Part shown: positions 1-8,495 of the stretch, piece by piece
Numbering within the stretch: the stretch's first letter is position 1
Layout: every line of letters begins with the position of its first letter
NCBI GenBank assembly: GCA_017516345.1
Contig: JAFXDC010000027.1
Span: forward strand, 1-60,354
Source: Clostridia bacterium
GTDB lineage: Bacteria > Bacillota > Clostridia > Christensenellales > QALW01
DNA: 60,354 nt
Reading direction: 5' to 3'
Program-made: the position numbers and the translations under genes
Notes under the pieces: model-generated
Told to the model about the DNA's origin: nothing
What the model saw: the letters and a program-made list of their open reading frames with translations, nothing else
Databases searched by the model: none

Positions 1-2
1 AT

Positions 3-28
3 ATAAAGGCGCGCCCAAAAGGGCGCGC
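3..28 (-). terminator. Intrinsic terminator downstream of trmO
   Basis: GCGCGCCC-AAAA-GGGCGCGC hairpin (9-28) followed on the minus strand by a short T-rich run. Confidence 0.6.
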
Positions 29-80
29 TCCTTCGTTATACATTATTTAATATTTGTCCCTCATTTCCACGCTCATCAGC

Positions 81-773
81 TTACTGCTCTACCTTGACCT
101 CTATGACGATCAGAGTACCCTCCTTGACGGTAAATCTGATATCGTATCTGTCCATCATCATGCCGTAGATGCGTCCGTCATCCTGATAGGACGGACGCGG
201 ATCCTCGCCAAGGCAATCGATGGCCGCTTGACGCTTATCCTCTTGGATCTTTTCAAGCAGCTTTTCCGGAAAGATCACCTCCAGCTTATGCTCGCGCACC
301 GTATCGGCGTAGCCGCAAATTGCTTCGGGATAGCAATCCGAGGGCAGATAAGGCTTTATATCAAGTATCGGAGTGCCGTCAAGGATATCCACCCCCGACA
401 CCTTAAGCACGGGGCCTTGGTCTGTGTAGAGTATCTTCTCAAGCCTTACGGCGGATAGTCCGATTGGGTTTGGTCTGAAGGGGGATCTGCTTGCAAATAC
501 TCCCACCCTTCTGTTTCCGCCAAGCCGCGGAGGCCGCACCGTGGCAGACCACTCACTCTTGTGCGCAAGGGTAAAATCAAACAGAAGCCAGATATGGGAA
601 AATCCCTCCAGCTCCCTTACCGTATCGGGGCTTCTGTATTGGGGCAGAAAGGTTATCTCCCCCTTAAGGCTCTCCACCCTGCCACTCTGACGCGGGATGC
701 CGAATTTGCTTTTGAAATCGGTATTTATCACCGCGATGGGACTTACCGTTATATTGCTTGGCTTTTCCTTCAT
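81..773 (-). CDS. trmO: tRNA (N6-threonylcarbamoyladenosine37-N6)-methyltransferase TrmO/TsaA
   Basis: KFGIPRQSG, LEGFSHIWLLF, VRPPRLGGN, GVFASRSPFRPNPIGLS and DGTPILDIKPY motifs of the TsaA family. Confidence 0.93.
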   Translation of the reverse strand: MKEKPSNITVSPIAVINTDFKSKFGIPRQSGRVESLKGEITFLPQYRSPDTVRELEGFSHIWLLFDFTLAHKSEWSATVRPPRLGGNRRVGVFASRSPFRPNPIGLSAVRLEKILYTDQGPVLKVSGVDILDGTPILDIKPYLPSDCYPEAICGYADTVREHKLEVIFPEKLLEKIQEDKRQAAIDCLGEDPRPSYQDDGRIYGMMMDRYDIRFTVKEGTLIVIEVKVEQ

Positions 774-847
774 AGCGCACCTCTTTAAGGGTCAAATGAT
801 CATGTATTGATTATATCAAAGCTTTTAAATAAATTCAAGCATCATTT

Positions 848-877
848 GTAATATCGTCGGATCCGGGGGCATACAAT
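848..877 (+). promoter_or_regulatory. Sigma-E type promoter of spoIIID
   Basis: GTAATAT-N15-CATACAAT matches the mother-cell sigma-E consensus; spoIIID is sigma-E dependent in B. subtilis. Confidence 0.7.
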
Positions 878-902
878 CAACAGAAGCTTTAGGGGGGATG
901 GC

Positions 903-1169
903 ATGAAAAGAGCAAACTACTCCCGCGCGGCGGCGTTGGGTGAATATATAGCGGAGCATTCTCAGACCGTACGGGGTGCCGCCAAGGCGTTTGGGATAAG
1001 CAAATCCACCGTACACAAGGAGATAACCACCCGTCTGCCCGCCACCCATCCCGAGCTTTGGCAAAGGGTCAGGGCGGTGCTTGATACCAATCTGTCCCAG
1101 CGGCATCTTCGGGGCGGGGAGGCTACCAAAAGAAAATATCGGGATATAAAAAAGAGGCAGAGAGATTGA
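903..1169 (+). CDS. spoIIID: Sporulation transcriptional regulator SpoIIID
   Basis: YI..TVR.AAK.FGISKSTVHK HTH and C-terminal RHLRGGEATKRKY signature. Confidence 0.95.
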   Translation: MKRANYSRAAALGEYIAEHSQTVRGAAKAFGISKSTVHKEITTRLPATHPELWQRVRAVLDTNLSQRHLRGGEATKRKYRDIKKRQRD

Positions 1170-1186
1170 CGCTCTCTGCCCCTTTT
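1148..1186. terminator. Bidirectional terminator between spoIIID and the convergent ORF
   Basis: GGCAGAGAG-N7-CTCTCTGCC flanked by A and T runs. Confidence 0.65.
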
Positions 1187-1215
1187 AGTGCTTAAATAAT
1201 AATTGCCTTACGTCA

Positions 1216-1557
1216 TCAAACGTATCCGGTGCCATCGTCGCTTAAGAGGACCGCACATATCACGCCCATCACCACTGCGCCAATAACGAAGCCCAGCACC
1301 GTGGCGGTGGCACGGGGATCGGGGGAGTCATTGTTGCGCTTTGCCTTAAGGTAGTGAGTGGCATAATACGCAACCGCCGCAATAACGCAGATTATCACCG
1401 TAATAAGCATTGGAATGGGCAGATTATAGTTGCCCATTTTATCTATTCCCGCAATAAGCAGAGCGGGAAGGAAAATGACGGGAGTCAAGGCGGAGGTCAT
1501 TCCCATATTAAAGCCGCAGAAGCCGTATCCGATATATTTAATAGCCTTTTTAAACAT
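1216..1557 (-). CDS. Hypothetical membrane protein (about 3 TM)
   Basis: GAGGT RBS upstream; three hydrophobic segments; ends near the convergent terminator. Confidence 0.7.
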   Translation of the reverse strand: MFKKAIKYIGYGFCGFNMGMTSALTPVIFLPALLIAGIDKMGNYNLPIPMLITVIICVIAAVAYYATHYLKAKRNNDSPDPRATATVLGFVIGAVVMGVICAVLLSDDGTGYV

Positions 1558-1702
1558 AATTTTACCTCAGGAACATCATATTTTGATTCTTTTTATATTA
1601 TAGCATACATCTTTACATTTTACAACCCCAACAAGACGCGCTTTTACTGTAAAATGCGCAAAATATATTGCGCTTTGGCGTATAATTTGGTAAAATAACC
1701 GT

Positions 1703-3322
1703 ATGGAAAAGAATAATATGCTTAACAGAATAATAAATAAGAGATACGTTGCCTCGGCTTTTTGCGTCGCGTCGGGTCTTATGTGCGCACTCGCCTTTCA
1801 GCTTGACGTGCTGTGGTGGGTGTGCCTTGTTGCGCTTATTCCCTTTTGCGCAGTCATGCTTGTAAAAAAGCAGACTGCAAGGGGCTTTTTTTATTGCACC
1901 CTTTTGACCGTAGGGGTATATCATCTTGCCTCCCTTACATGGCTGATGGAGATCTCAAGCGTCATTGCTCCCAGCGTCGGAGAGGGTGCATCCTACGTAA
2001 TTATGACGGGAGCCATACTTACCGTCGCGATGCTTATGGGCATCATATACGCCCTGCCCTTTTTGCTCCTTTCAAGGCTTCGCAGGGGCGGGCTTGCGGA
2101 TATCCTCACGGTCAGCGTGCTGTACGTCAGCGGCGAGCTTCTGGTAAGCCTTTTGGGGGAGCTCGCATTCCCCTGGGCACGTCTTGCAAATCTGGCTCTG
2201 CCCTGTCTTCCCTTTGTGCAGAGTGCGGCGCTGGGCGGCTCGCTTTTTGTCAGCCTTATAGTGATATTTATCAACTGCTCCCTTGCCTTTTTTGCAACAA
2301 GGCTTGCATGCGCTCAGAGGGCAAAGGCACTTATAAGTCTTGCACTTTGCATGGCGGTCTTTGCCTCAAACCTTATCTACGGCACCGTTGCCCTTGAAAG
2401 CACCCCAAAGGCCGAGAGCACCGACGTTTTGATAGTTCAGGGCAACTACCCAAGCAACGACAAGTGGCTTGCGGGCACGGATGAGATGCTGGAGCGCTAT
2501 CTTGAGCTCTCCGAGCAGGGGGTCACCCCCGAGACCGACATCGTACTGTGGCCCGAGACCGCCGTTCCCGTAGATATTGACAGGTTTACCAACTTCAGCG
2601 GAAGGATCCAGGCCTTTGCCGACGCCCATAAGGTAACCGTGGCGGTTGGATATATCAAGGAGACCGTACACGGCACCTACAATGCCATGCGCTTATACCG
2701 TCCCGACACCCCCATTGACACCGAGGAATACTACGCCAAGCAGCTGCTTGTGCCCCTGGGGGAATTCACCCCGCTTTCCGAGGTGTTCGGCATCATCTTC
2801 CCCGAGATACTTAGCCACATCACGGGCAGGGAGCTCACCCACGGAGATAAGACCGTGGTGTTTGATACCGATCAGGGCACCGTCGCAGGGATAATATGCT
2901 ACGAGTCCATACAGCCCTCCATCTCTCTTGACGGCACCCGTCAGGGCAGCGGCCTTATGCTTATGATAACCAACGACTCCTGGTTTGGCACCAGCCGCGC
3001 CCTTTGGCAGCATCTTTCCCACGCCCGCATGCGAGCCATCGAGAACGGCAGATACCTTGCCCGCGCAGGCAACAGCGGTATAACCGCCGTGATAGATCCA
3101 AGCGGGCGCATAACAAGCTCCATAGAGACCTACCGGACGGGATATCTTAATGCCAAGGCGGAATATCTTTATGAGCGCACCCTTTATTCTCTTATCGGGG
3201 ACCTTCCGTTCTATATTGGTCTTGCATTATGCATAATTGCATGGATTTGGGACATAATAAAGCAATCAATGGGCAAAAAATGCAAGATTGAGCAAAACTC
3301 ACTTGCAAAATCCGTCCAATAA
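1703..3322 (+). CDS. lnt: Apolipoprotein N-acyltransferase
   Basis: N-terminal multi-TM domain with FPW motif; nitrilase-fold triad motifs WPETA, K..LVP.GE and ICYES; NDSWFG; RAIEN; GNSGITAVIDP. Confidence 0.92.
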   Translation: MEKNNMLNRIINKRYVASAFCVASGLMCALAFQLDVLWWVCLVALIPFCAVMLVKKQTARGFFYCTLLTVGVYHLASLTWLMEISSVIAPSVGEGASYVIMTGAILTVAMLMGIIYALPFLLLSRLRRGGLADILTVSVLYVSGELLVSLLGELAFPWARLANLALPCLPFVQSAALGGSLFVSLIVIFINCSLAFFATRLACAQRAKALISLALCMAVFASNLIYGTVALESTPKAESTDVLIVQGNYPSNDKWLAGTDEMLERYLELSEQGVTPETDIVLWPETAVPVDIDRFTNFSGRIQAFADAHKVTVAVGYIKETVHGTYNAMRLYRPDTPIDTEEYYAKQLLVPLGEFTPLSEVFGIIFPEILSHITGRELTHGDKTVVFDTDQGTVAGIICYESIQPSISLDGTRQGSGLMLMITNDSWFGTSRALWQHLSHARMRAIENGRYLARAGNSGITAVIDPSGRITSSIETYRTGYLNAKAEYLYERTLYSLIGDLPFYIGLALCIIAWIWDIIKQSMGKKCKIEQNSLAKSVQ

Positions 3323-3336
3323 TTTCTATAATGTGC

Positions 3337-3365
3337 TTGACATATAGGGCTTAAACAATTATAAT
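3337..3365 (+). promoter_or_regulatory. Sigma-A promoter of pckA
   Basis: Perfect TTGACA-N17-TATAAT. Confidence 0.8.
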
Positions 3366-3460
3366 ATAACCATAAATGATAATGGGGAAAGATGGCAAAT
3401 CGGCATCCGCAGCCGTTATCCAATATATTAACTATGAATTTTTGAAAGGGGAATTCCTGC

Positions 3461-5038
3461 ATGAACACCTATGGAATCGAAAAACTGGGAATCATCAATC
3501 CCAAAGCAGTTTACCGCAACCTCGGTACTGCAGAGCTAGTGGAAAAGGCTATTGAAAGAAAAGAAGGCAAACTCAGCAACAAAGGCGCTCTGGTGGTAAA
3601 CACCGGTAAGTATACCGGTCGCTCACCTGACGACAAGTTCGTTGTTGATTATCCCTCCATCCACGACGAGATCGCTTGGGGCAAGGTCAACGTACCTATG
3701 GCTCCCGAGGTATTTGATAAGATCTACGACAAAATGGTTGCATATCTGCAAAACAGAGAGATCTTTATTTTTGACGGCTTTGCAGGCGCCGACCCCAAAT
3801 ATACCAAACGCTTCCGCATCGTAAACGAGATGGCCAGCCAGAATCTCTTTATTCGCGATCTTCTTATCCGTCCCACCGCTGAGGAGCTCGAAAGCTTCGG
3901 TGAGGCTGATTTCACCATCATTGCCGCACCCGGCTTTAAGTGCAGCCCCCAGATCGACGGCACCAACTCCGAGGCCGCCATTCTTGTGTCGTTTGAGAAG
4001 AAGCTGGTGCTCATCGCAGGCAGCCAGTACGCCGGCGAGATCAAGAAGAGCGTATTTAGCGTAATGAACTATCTGCTCCCCAAGGAGGGAGTATTCCCCA
4101 TGCACTGCTCTGCCAACATCGGCAAGGACGGCGACACCGCTCTGTTCTTCGGTCTGTCCGGTACCGGTAAGACCACTCTTAGTGCAGATCCCGACCGTAT
4201 GCTTATCGGTGATGACGAGCACGGCTGGAGCAACGACGGCGTATTCAACTTCGAGGGCGGCTGCTATGCTAAGTGCATCGACCTTACCGAGGAGAAGGAG
4301 CCCTTCATCTGGAACGCCATCAAATTCGGCGCACTGGTAGAGAACGTTGTTATGGACGACACCACCCGTGAGTTCGACTTTGCCGACAACTCCCTTACCG
4401 AGAACACCCGTGTTGGCTATCCCGTTGATTTCATTCCCAACGCGGCTATCCCCGGCATAGGCACCGTACCCAACGCAGTGGTATTCCTTACCGCTGACGC
4501 ATTCGGTGTACTTCCCCCCGTTGCAAAGCTTGACAAGAACATGGCTATGTTCCACTTCGTTTCCGGCTACACCAGCAAGCTTGCAGGTACCGAGCGCGGC
4601 ATCACCGAGCCTCAGACCACCTTCTCCACCTGCTTTGGCGCTCCCTTCCTGCCCCTTGATCCCTCTGTTTACGCAAAGATGCTGGGCGAGAAGATCGACG
4701 CCTCGGGCGCTTCGGTATACCTCATCAATACCGGTTGGTCGGGCGGCCCCTACGGCGTAGGCAAGAGAATGAGCCTTAAGTACACCCGTGCAATGGTTAC
4801 CGCCGCTCTTAACGGCGAGCTTGATAAGGTTGGCTACGAGCTTGATCCCATCTTCAACGTATTCGTTCCCGTATCCTGCCCCGGCGTACCCAGCGAGATC
4901 CTTAATCCCCGCAACACCTGGGAAAACAAGGACGAGTATGACGTTGCCGCCAAGAAGCTTGCGGTTCGCTTCAACGACAACTTCAAGAAATATACTCATA
5001 TGCCCCAGGAGATCGTTGACGCAGGCCCCAAGGCTTAA
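3461..5038 (+). CDS. pckA: Phosphoenolpyruvate carboxykinase (ATP)
   Basis: TGKYTGRSP, YAGEIKKSVF, MHCSAN, GLSGTGKTTLS, LIGDDEHGW and NFEGGCYAK motifs. Confidence 0.98.
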   Translation: MNTYGIEKLGIINPKAVYRNLGTAELVEKAIERKEGKLSNKGALVVNTGKYTGRSPDDKFVVDYPSIHDEIAWGKVNVPMAPEVFDKIYDKMVAYLQNREIFIFDGFAGADPKYTKRFRIVNEMASQNLFIRDLLIRPTAEELESFGEADFTIIAAPGFKCSPQIDGTNSEAAILVSFEKKLVLIAGSQYAGEIKKSVFSVMNYLLPKEGVFPMHCSANIGKDGDTALFFGLSGTGKTTLSADPDRMLIGDDEHGWSNDGVFNFEGGCYAKCIDLTEEKEPFIWNAIKFGALVENVVMDDTTREFDFADNSLTENTRVGYPVDFIPNAAIPGIGTVPNAVVFLTADAFGVLPPVAKLDKNMAMFHFVSGYTSKLAGTERGITEPQTTFSTCFGAPFLPLDPSVYAKMLGEKIDASGASVYLINTGWSGGPYGVGKRMSLKYTRAMVTAALNGELDKVGYELDPIFNVFVPVSCPGVPSEILNPRNTWENKDEYDVAAKKLAVRFNDNFKKYTHMPQEIVDAGPKA

Positions 5039-5051
5039 TCAGACCATCTGT

Positions 5052-5078
5052 GCCCTTGCCTTAGGCAAGGGCTTTTTT
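5052..5078 (+). terminator. Intrinsic terminator after pckA
   Basis: GCCCTTGCC-TTA-GGCAAGGGC followed by T6. Confidence 0.85.
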
Positions 5079-5095
5079 AAATCTGAGGAGATAAT

Positions 5096-5890
5096 ATGAA
5101 TCTGCTTTCCCACGAAATATCCCAAAGCATCAAAAAAGTAATACTTCAGGCGGGGGAAATAATGCTTAACGCCTCCCCCGATTCCTTAAGATGCGAGCAA
5201 AAATCCAAATATGCCGATTTCGTCACCGCGTACGATCTGAAGGTTCAGGAATTTCTGCACTCCGCGCTGAGGGAGATAATCCCCAACTGCCGCTTTTTAA
5301 GCGAGGAGGGTGAATCCGATCCCCTGAGCGGGCTTCCCACCTTTGTCATCGACCCCATCGACGGCACGACAAACTTTGTTTTGGGCAGAGGAGACGCCGT
5401 TATCTCGGTGGGTCTGCTCGTGGACAGAGCTCCGATATTCGGAGCGGTCTATAACCCCTACAGTAAGGAATATTTTCACGCCGTAAGAGACGGCGGTGCC
5501 TTCCTTAATTCCAAGCCCATAAGGGTGGCAAGCCGCCCCTGCGAGCTCGGAGTTGCCGCAATAGGCACCTCACCGTATCATAAGGATACCCAGTCTCCCT
5601 TCGTGGTGCGGGCATTTACAAGGCTTTTGAAGGGCTTTGGCGATCTTCGCAAGAACGGCGCGGCGGCGCTTGAGCTTTGCTACGTTGCCTGCGGCCGCAC
5701 CGATGCCTACTTTGAGCCCATCCTCTACCCTTGGGACTACACGGCGGGCGCCCTTATAGTCTCCGAGGCGGGCGGTAAGGTGAGCGATCTTGACGGAGCA
5801 CCGCCATCCCCCGACAAGCCCTGCTTTATAGTTGCGGCATCAGAGGCGGCATATCCCACGGCGCTCAAGCTGCTACAGGAAAGTCTTTAA
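5096..5890 (+). CDS. Inositol monophosphatase family protein (SuhB-like)
   Basis: DFVT..D, SEE, VIDPIDGTTNF and PWD..AG.LIV.EAGG motifs. Confidence 0.9.
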   Translation: MNLLSHEISQSIKKVILQAGEIMLNASPDSLRCEQKSKYADFVTAYDLKVQEFLHSALREIIPNCRFLSEEGESDPLSGLPTFVIDPIDGTTNFVLGRGDAVISVGLLVDRAPIFGAVYNPYSKEYFHAVRDGGAFLNSKPIRVASRPCELGVAAIGTSPYHKDTQSPFVVRAFTRLLKGFGDLRKNGAAALELCYVACGRTDAYFEPILYPWDYTAGALIVSEAGGKVSDLDGAPPSPDKPCFIVAASEAAYPTALKLLQESL

Positions 5891-5997
5891 ACAGAGCCTT
5901 AAAAACTGCATAAGAGTAATATAAGCAAAAAAGGATCCGATCTCTTTGCGAAAAACGCACAGAAGTCGGATCTTTATTTATTAAAATATTATACGTT

Positions 5998-6297
5998 TTA
6001 CAGAAATGCTCCCGTAACGTACGCCGCCACCGCCGCGGCAAGAGCCACCACGATAAGGGGGAGCTTAAGATAGGCAAGCACGAGCGCCACCGCCGTGCCG
6101 ACCGCCGCAGTAACGGTATCCCCCGTGGAGTAAAATATGGCGGGGAAGGTCATTGCGCTGAGCACAGCGTAGGGAAGATAGTAAAGCAGACTGCGTACAA
6201 AGCGCGAGGTGATCCTTTGTCTGAAAAGGGTAAAGGGAAGCATTCTTATAACGTAGGTGACCCCCGCCATGACCAAAATGTAGATATATATGCTCAT
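5998..6297 (-). CDS. azlD: AzlD-family branched-chain amino acid exporter small subunit
   Basis: MA.VTY.IR.LPF and L.Y.PYAVL.A motifs; ATGA overlap with azlC. Confidence 0.85.
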   Translation of the reverse strand: MSIYIYILVMAGVTYVIRMLPFTLFRQRITSRFVRSLLYYLPYAVLSAMTFPAIFYSTGDTVTAAVGTAVALVLAYLKLPLIVVALAAAVAAYVTGAFL

Positions 6298-6986
6298 TGC
6301 TCATCCTCCTCTTTAACGGGGAAAAGCGCCGCACCTATCACGGCGGCAATTATCGCGCTCAGGATAATGGCAAAGCCTCCCGAAACAAAGGTAAAAAGAT
6401 ATTTAAATATCACAGAGCACGCCGCGGCTATCAGCACCACGGCAAGCACGCTTTTTTCCTTCCTTGCAGGGGGCACGATTATGGCCAGGAACATACCGTA
6501 GAGCACTATGCCCATGGCGCTTGCGATATCCTCGGGCAAAAGACTGCCCGCCGTCGCCCCCAAAAGCGTACCGAGCGACCAGCCTATTATCGGAAGGGTA
6601 ATAAGTCCCGCCATATACCGCGCCGAAAGCACCCTTTGCGCCGACGCCACCGCAAATACCTCGTCGGTAATGCCAAAGGACAGCAAAAGCCTCTTGGGGG
6701 TGGTAAAGCTATCGTCCAGCCTTTGGGATAGAGAAAAGCCCATAAGGGCATATCTTATATTTATAACAAGCTGTGTTAGCAGCATTTCCACAAGACCGCC
6801 CGCCGCGGCTATTATCTCCACTCCCGCGGCCTGTCCCGCCGAGGTCAGGTTGCTGACCGAGATGAGCACCGCATCAAGCACCGATATCCCCAAGCCGACC
6901 GCCACTATGCCAAAGCCAAAGGATACCGACAGATATCCGAGCGCAATGGGCACTCCGTGGGATAGCCCCTTTAAAAATTCCTTCAA
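6294..6986 (-). CDS. azlC: AzlC-family branched-chain amino acid exporter
   Basis: PIALGY..SFGFG, SAGQ, INIRY and FGITDEVFA motifs. Confidence 0.9.
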   Translation of the reverse strand: MKEFLKGLSHGVPIALGYLSVSFGFGIVAVGLGISVLDAVLISVSNLTSAGQAAGVEIIAAAGGLVEMLLTQLVINIRYALMGFSLSQRLDDSFTTPKRLLLSFGITDEVFAVASAQRVLSARYMAGLITLPIIGWSLGTLLGATAGSLLPEDIASAMGIVLYGMFLAIIVPPARKEKSVLAVVLIAAACSVIFKYLFTFVSGGFAIILSAIIAAVIGAALFPVKEEDEQ

Positions 6987-7089
6987 GCCGTCCCCTCCGT
7001 TTGCTATAATATCAAGGCATTTAGTGTATCACAAAAAGCCTCAAAGCACAATTGATTTCAAAGCGCAAGGACACTGTTTTACCAAAAGA

Positions 7090-7116
7090 AAAGCCACAAG
7101 GGGTACTTGCGGCTTT
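7090..7116 (-). terminator. Terminator after the zinc-ribbon gene
   Basis: AAAGCCACAAG-N5-CTTGCGGCTTT hairpin with an A-run on the left (T-run on minus). Confidence 0.65.
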
Positions 7117-7122
7117 GATCGA

Positions 7123-7944
7123 CTATTTAAAGAAGGATGGCGGAGAGAAGAAGTCGGGCGCCTTCTCGGAATCCGGAATGGGTGCGGTATATTTTCTTAA
7201 GATCTCGAAATACTTATAGATACCTGCCTCCTTGCCCTCGAAGCAAGCAAGCTCGATGGCATCCTTAAGGGTGGTAACTCTGCCGTTGCGGATATAGTTT
7301 GCAATGATGGCTATAACGTCGGGATGGGTGAAGTAATCCTCAACGGGGCAGTTGGGATAGCCGAGATAGTGGTTGTAAAGCTCCATGGAGAGCTCGGAAT
7401 ATTTCTTTAAGTACTTCTTGAAGTTTTTACGGTTGGCAACCTTCATAAGTATGCCGCCTACAAGCATAAGAGCGCCGGGCAAAGCAAATATACAAAGCAG
7501 GATCAGTGCAGTCTTCATGTTGTCAACAACATAAGACTCCAACTCCACAGAGGCAAACTGGCTTAAAGCCGCCATCAGTCCTATTCCCATAATGATGCTT
7601 CCGAATATTATAAGGAAGCTCTTTGCGCCACGACCATAGTAGTTTACCTTCTTGCAGACCTCTACGTACTCGTCATACACAGGCTTTTTCTGCATAAAAT
7701 AGTTATAGGCATTGGTTAAGGAGTCCATTTCCTCCTGACGGAGCATTTCTCTGCGGTTTACAAACTCGCCGCCAAAGGGATTTTGGGGCTGTTGAGCAAA
7801 CACAGGCTGTGCCTCGGGCTGAGCAAATACGGGCTGTACCTCGGGCTGAGGCGCAGGAGCCGCATCCTGTTTCACTTTTTGACCGCACTCGGAGCAAAAC
7901 ACTGCGTTCTGATCCAGTTGGGTTCCGCAATTTGAACAAAACAT
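7123..7944 (-). CDS. Zinc-ribbon domain membrane protein
   Basis: N-terminal MFCSNCG...FCSECG zinc ribbon, Q/P linker, two TM helices; GGAGGT RBS. Confidence 0.85.
   Translation of the reverse strand: MFCSNCGTQLDQNAVFCSECGQKVKQDAAPAPQPEVQPVFAQPEAQPVFAQQPQNPFGGEFVNRREMLRQEEMDSLTNAYNYFMQKKPVYDEYVEVCKKVNYYGRGAKSFLIIFGSIIMGIGLMAALSQFASVELESYVVDNMKTALILLCIFALPGALMLVGGILMKVANRKNFKKYLKKYSELSMELYNHYLGYPNCPVEDYFTHPDVIAIIANYIRNGRVTTLKDAIELACFEGKEAGIYKYFEILRKYTAPIPDSEKAPDFFSPPSFFK
7794..7847. repeat. 27-bp tandem duplication encoding QPE(V/A)QPVFA x2
   Basis: gagcaaacacaggctgtgcctcgggct / gagcaaatacgggctgtacctcgggct. Confidence 0.85.
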
Positions 7945-8108
7945 ACTAATATACCTCCATTTATTTGCTTTATTATAGCATCATTCACCGCCTTTTGCAA
8001 TACTTAATTGGGATTAATTATAAAATCTTGTTTATATTTTGAATACGGATAAACCCTTGTGTTAAATAAAGATAGGAGGTATAATTATACAAAAGGCGTT
8101 GTAATGCA

Positions 8109-8414
8109 ATGTATGAAGAAAGGTTTGTTAAACGGTTAACTTTGCGCATGCAAAAGGGAGTATCTGCAAGGGATATGAGCCTGAGCATTGGGCAATCCGA
8201 ATCCTATATAAACAAAATTGAAAACGGTGTTGCATTGCCGTCCATGAGTGTTTTCTTTTACATTTGCCAATACTTCGGCATAACTCCGGGGCAATTCTTT
8301 CAGGACGGCATGTCCTGCCCTCAGGCATTGGCATCGACTCTTGAGGATCTTAATGATCTTACCCCCACCCAGCTCGAGCACGTAAGGAGCATCATCAAAG
8401 ATATAAAGGGGTAA
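8109..8414 (+). CDS. XRE-family helix-turn-helix transcriptional regulator
   Basis: LRMQKGVSARDMSLSIGQSESYINKIENG..LPSM..FFYIC HTH_3-type pattern. Confidence 0.88.
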   Translation: MYEERFVKRLTLRMQKGVSARDMSLSIGQSESYINKIENGVALPSMSVFFYICQYFGITPGQFFQDGMSCPQALASTLEDLNDLTPTQLEHVRSIIKDIKG

Positions 8415-8449
8415 ATAATGCTACCCCGCAAATTGGTCTTACAATAAAC

Positions 8450-8480
8450 AAAAAGCAATTCCGTTCTGGAATTGCTTTTT
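8450..8480. terminator. Bidirectional terminator between the XRE gene and gyrA
   Basis: AAAAAGCAATTCC-N5-GGAATTGCTTTTT. Confidence 0.85.
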
Positions 8481-8495
8481 ATATTTTTGCATCGC

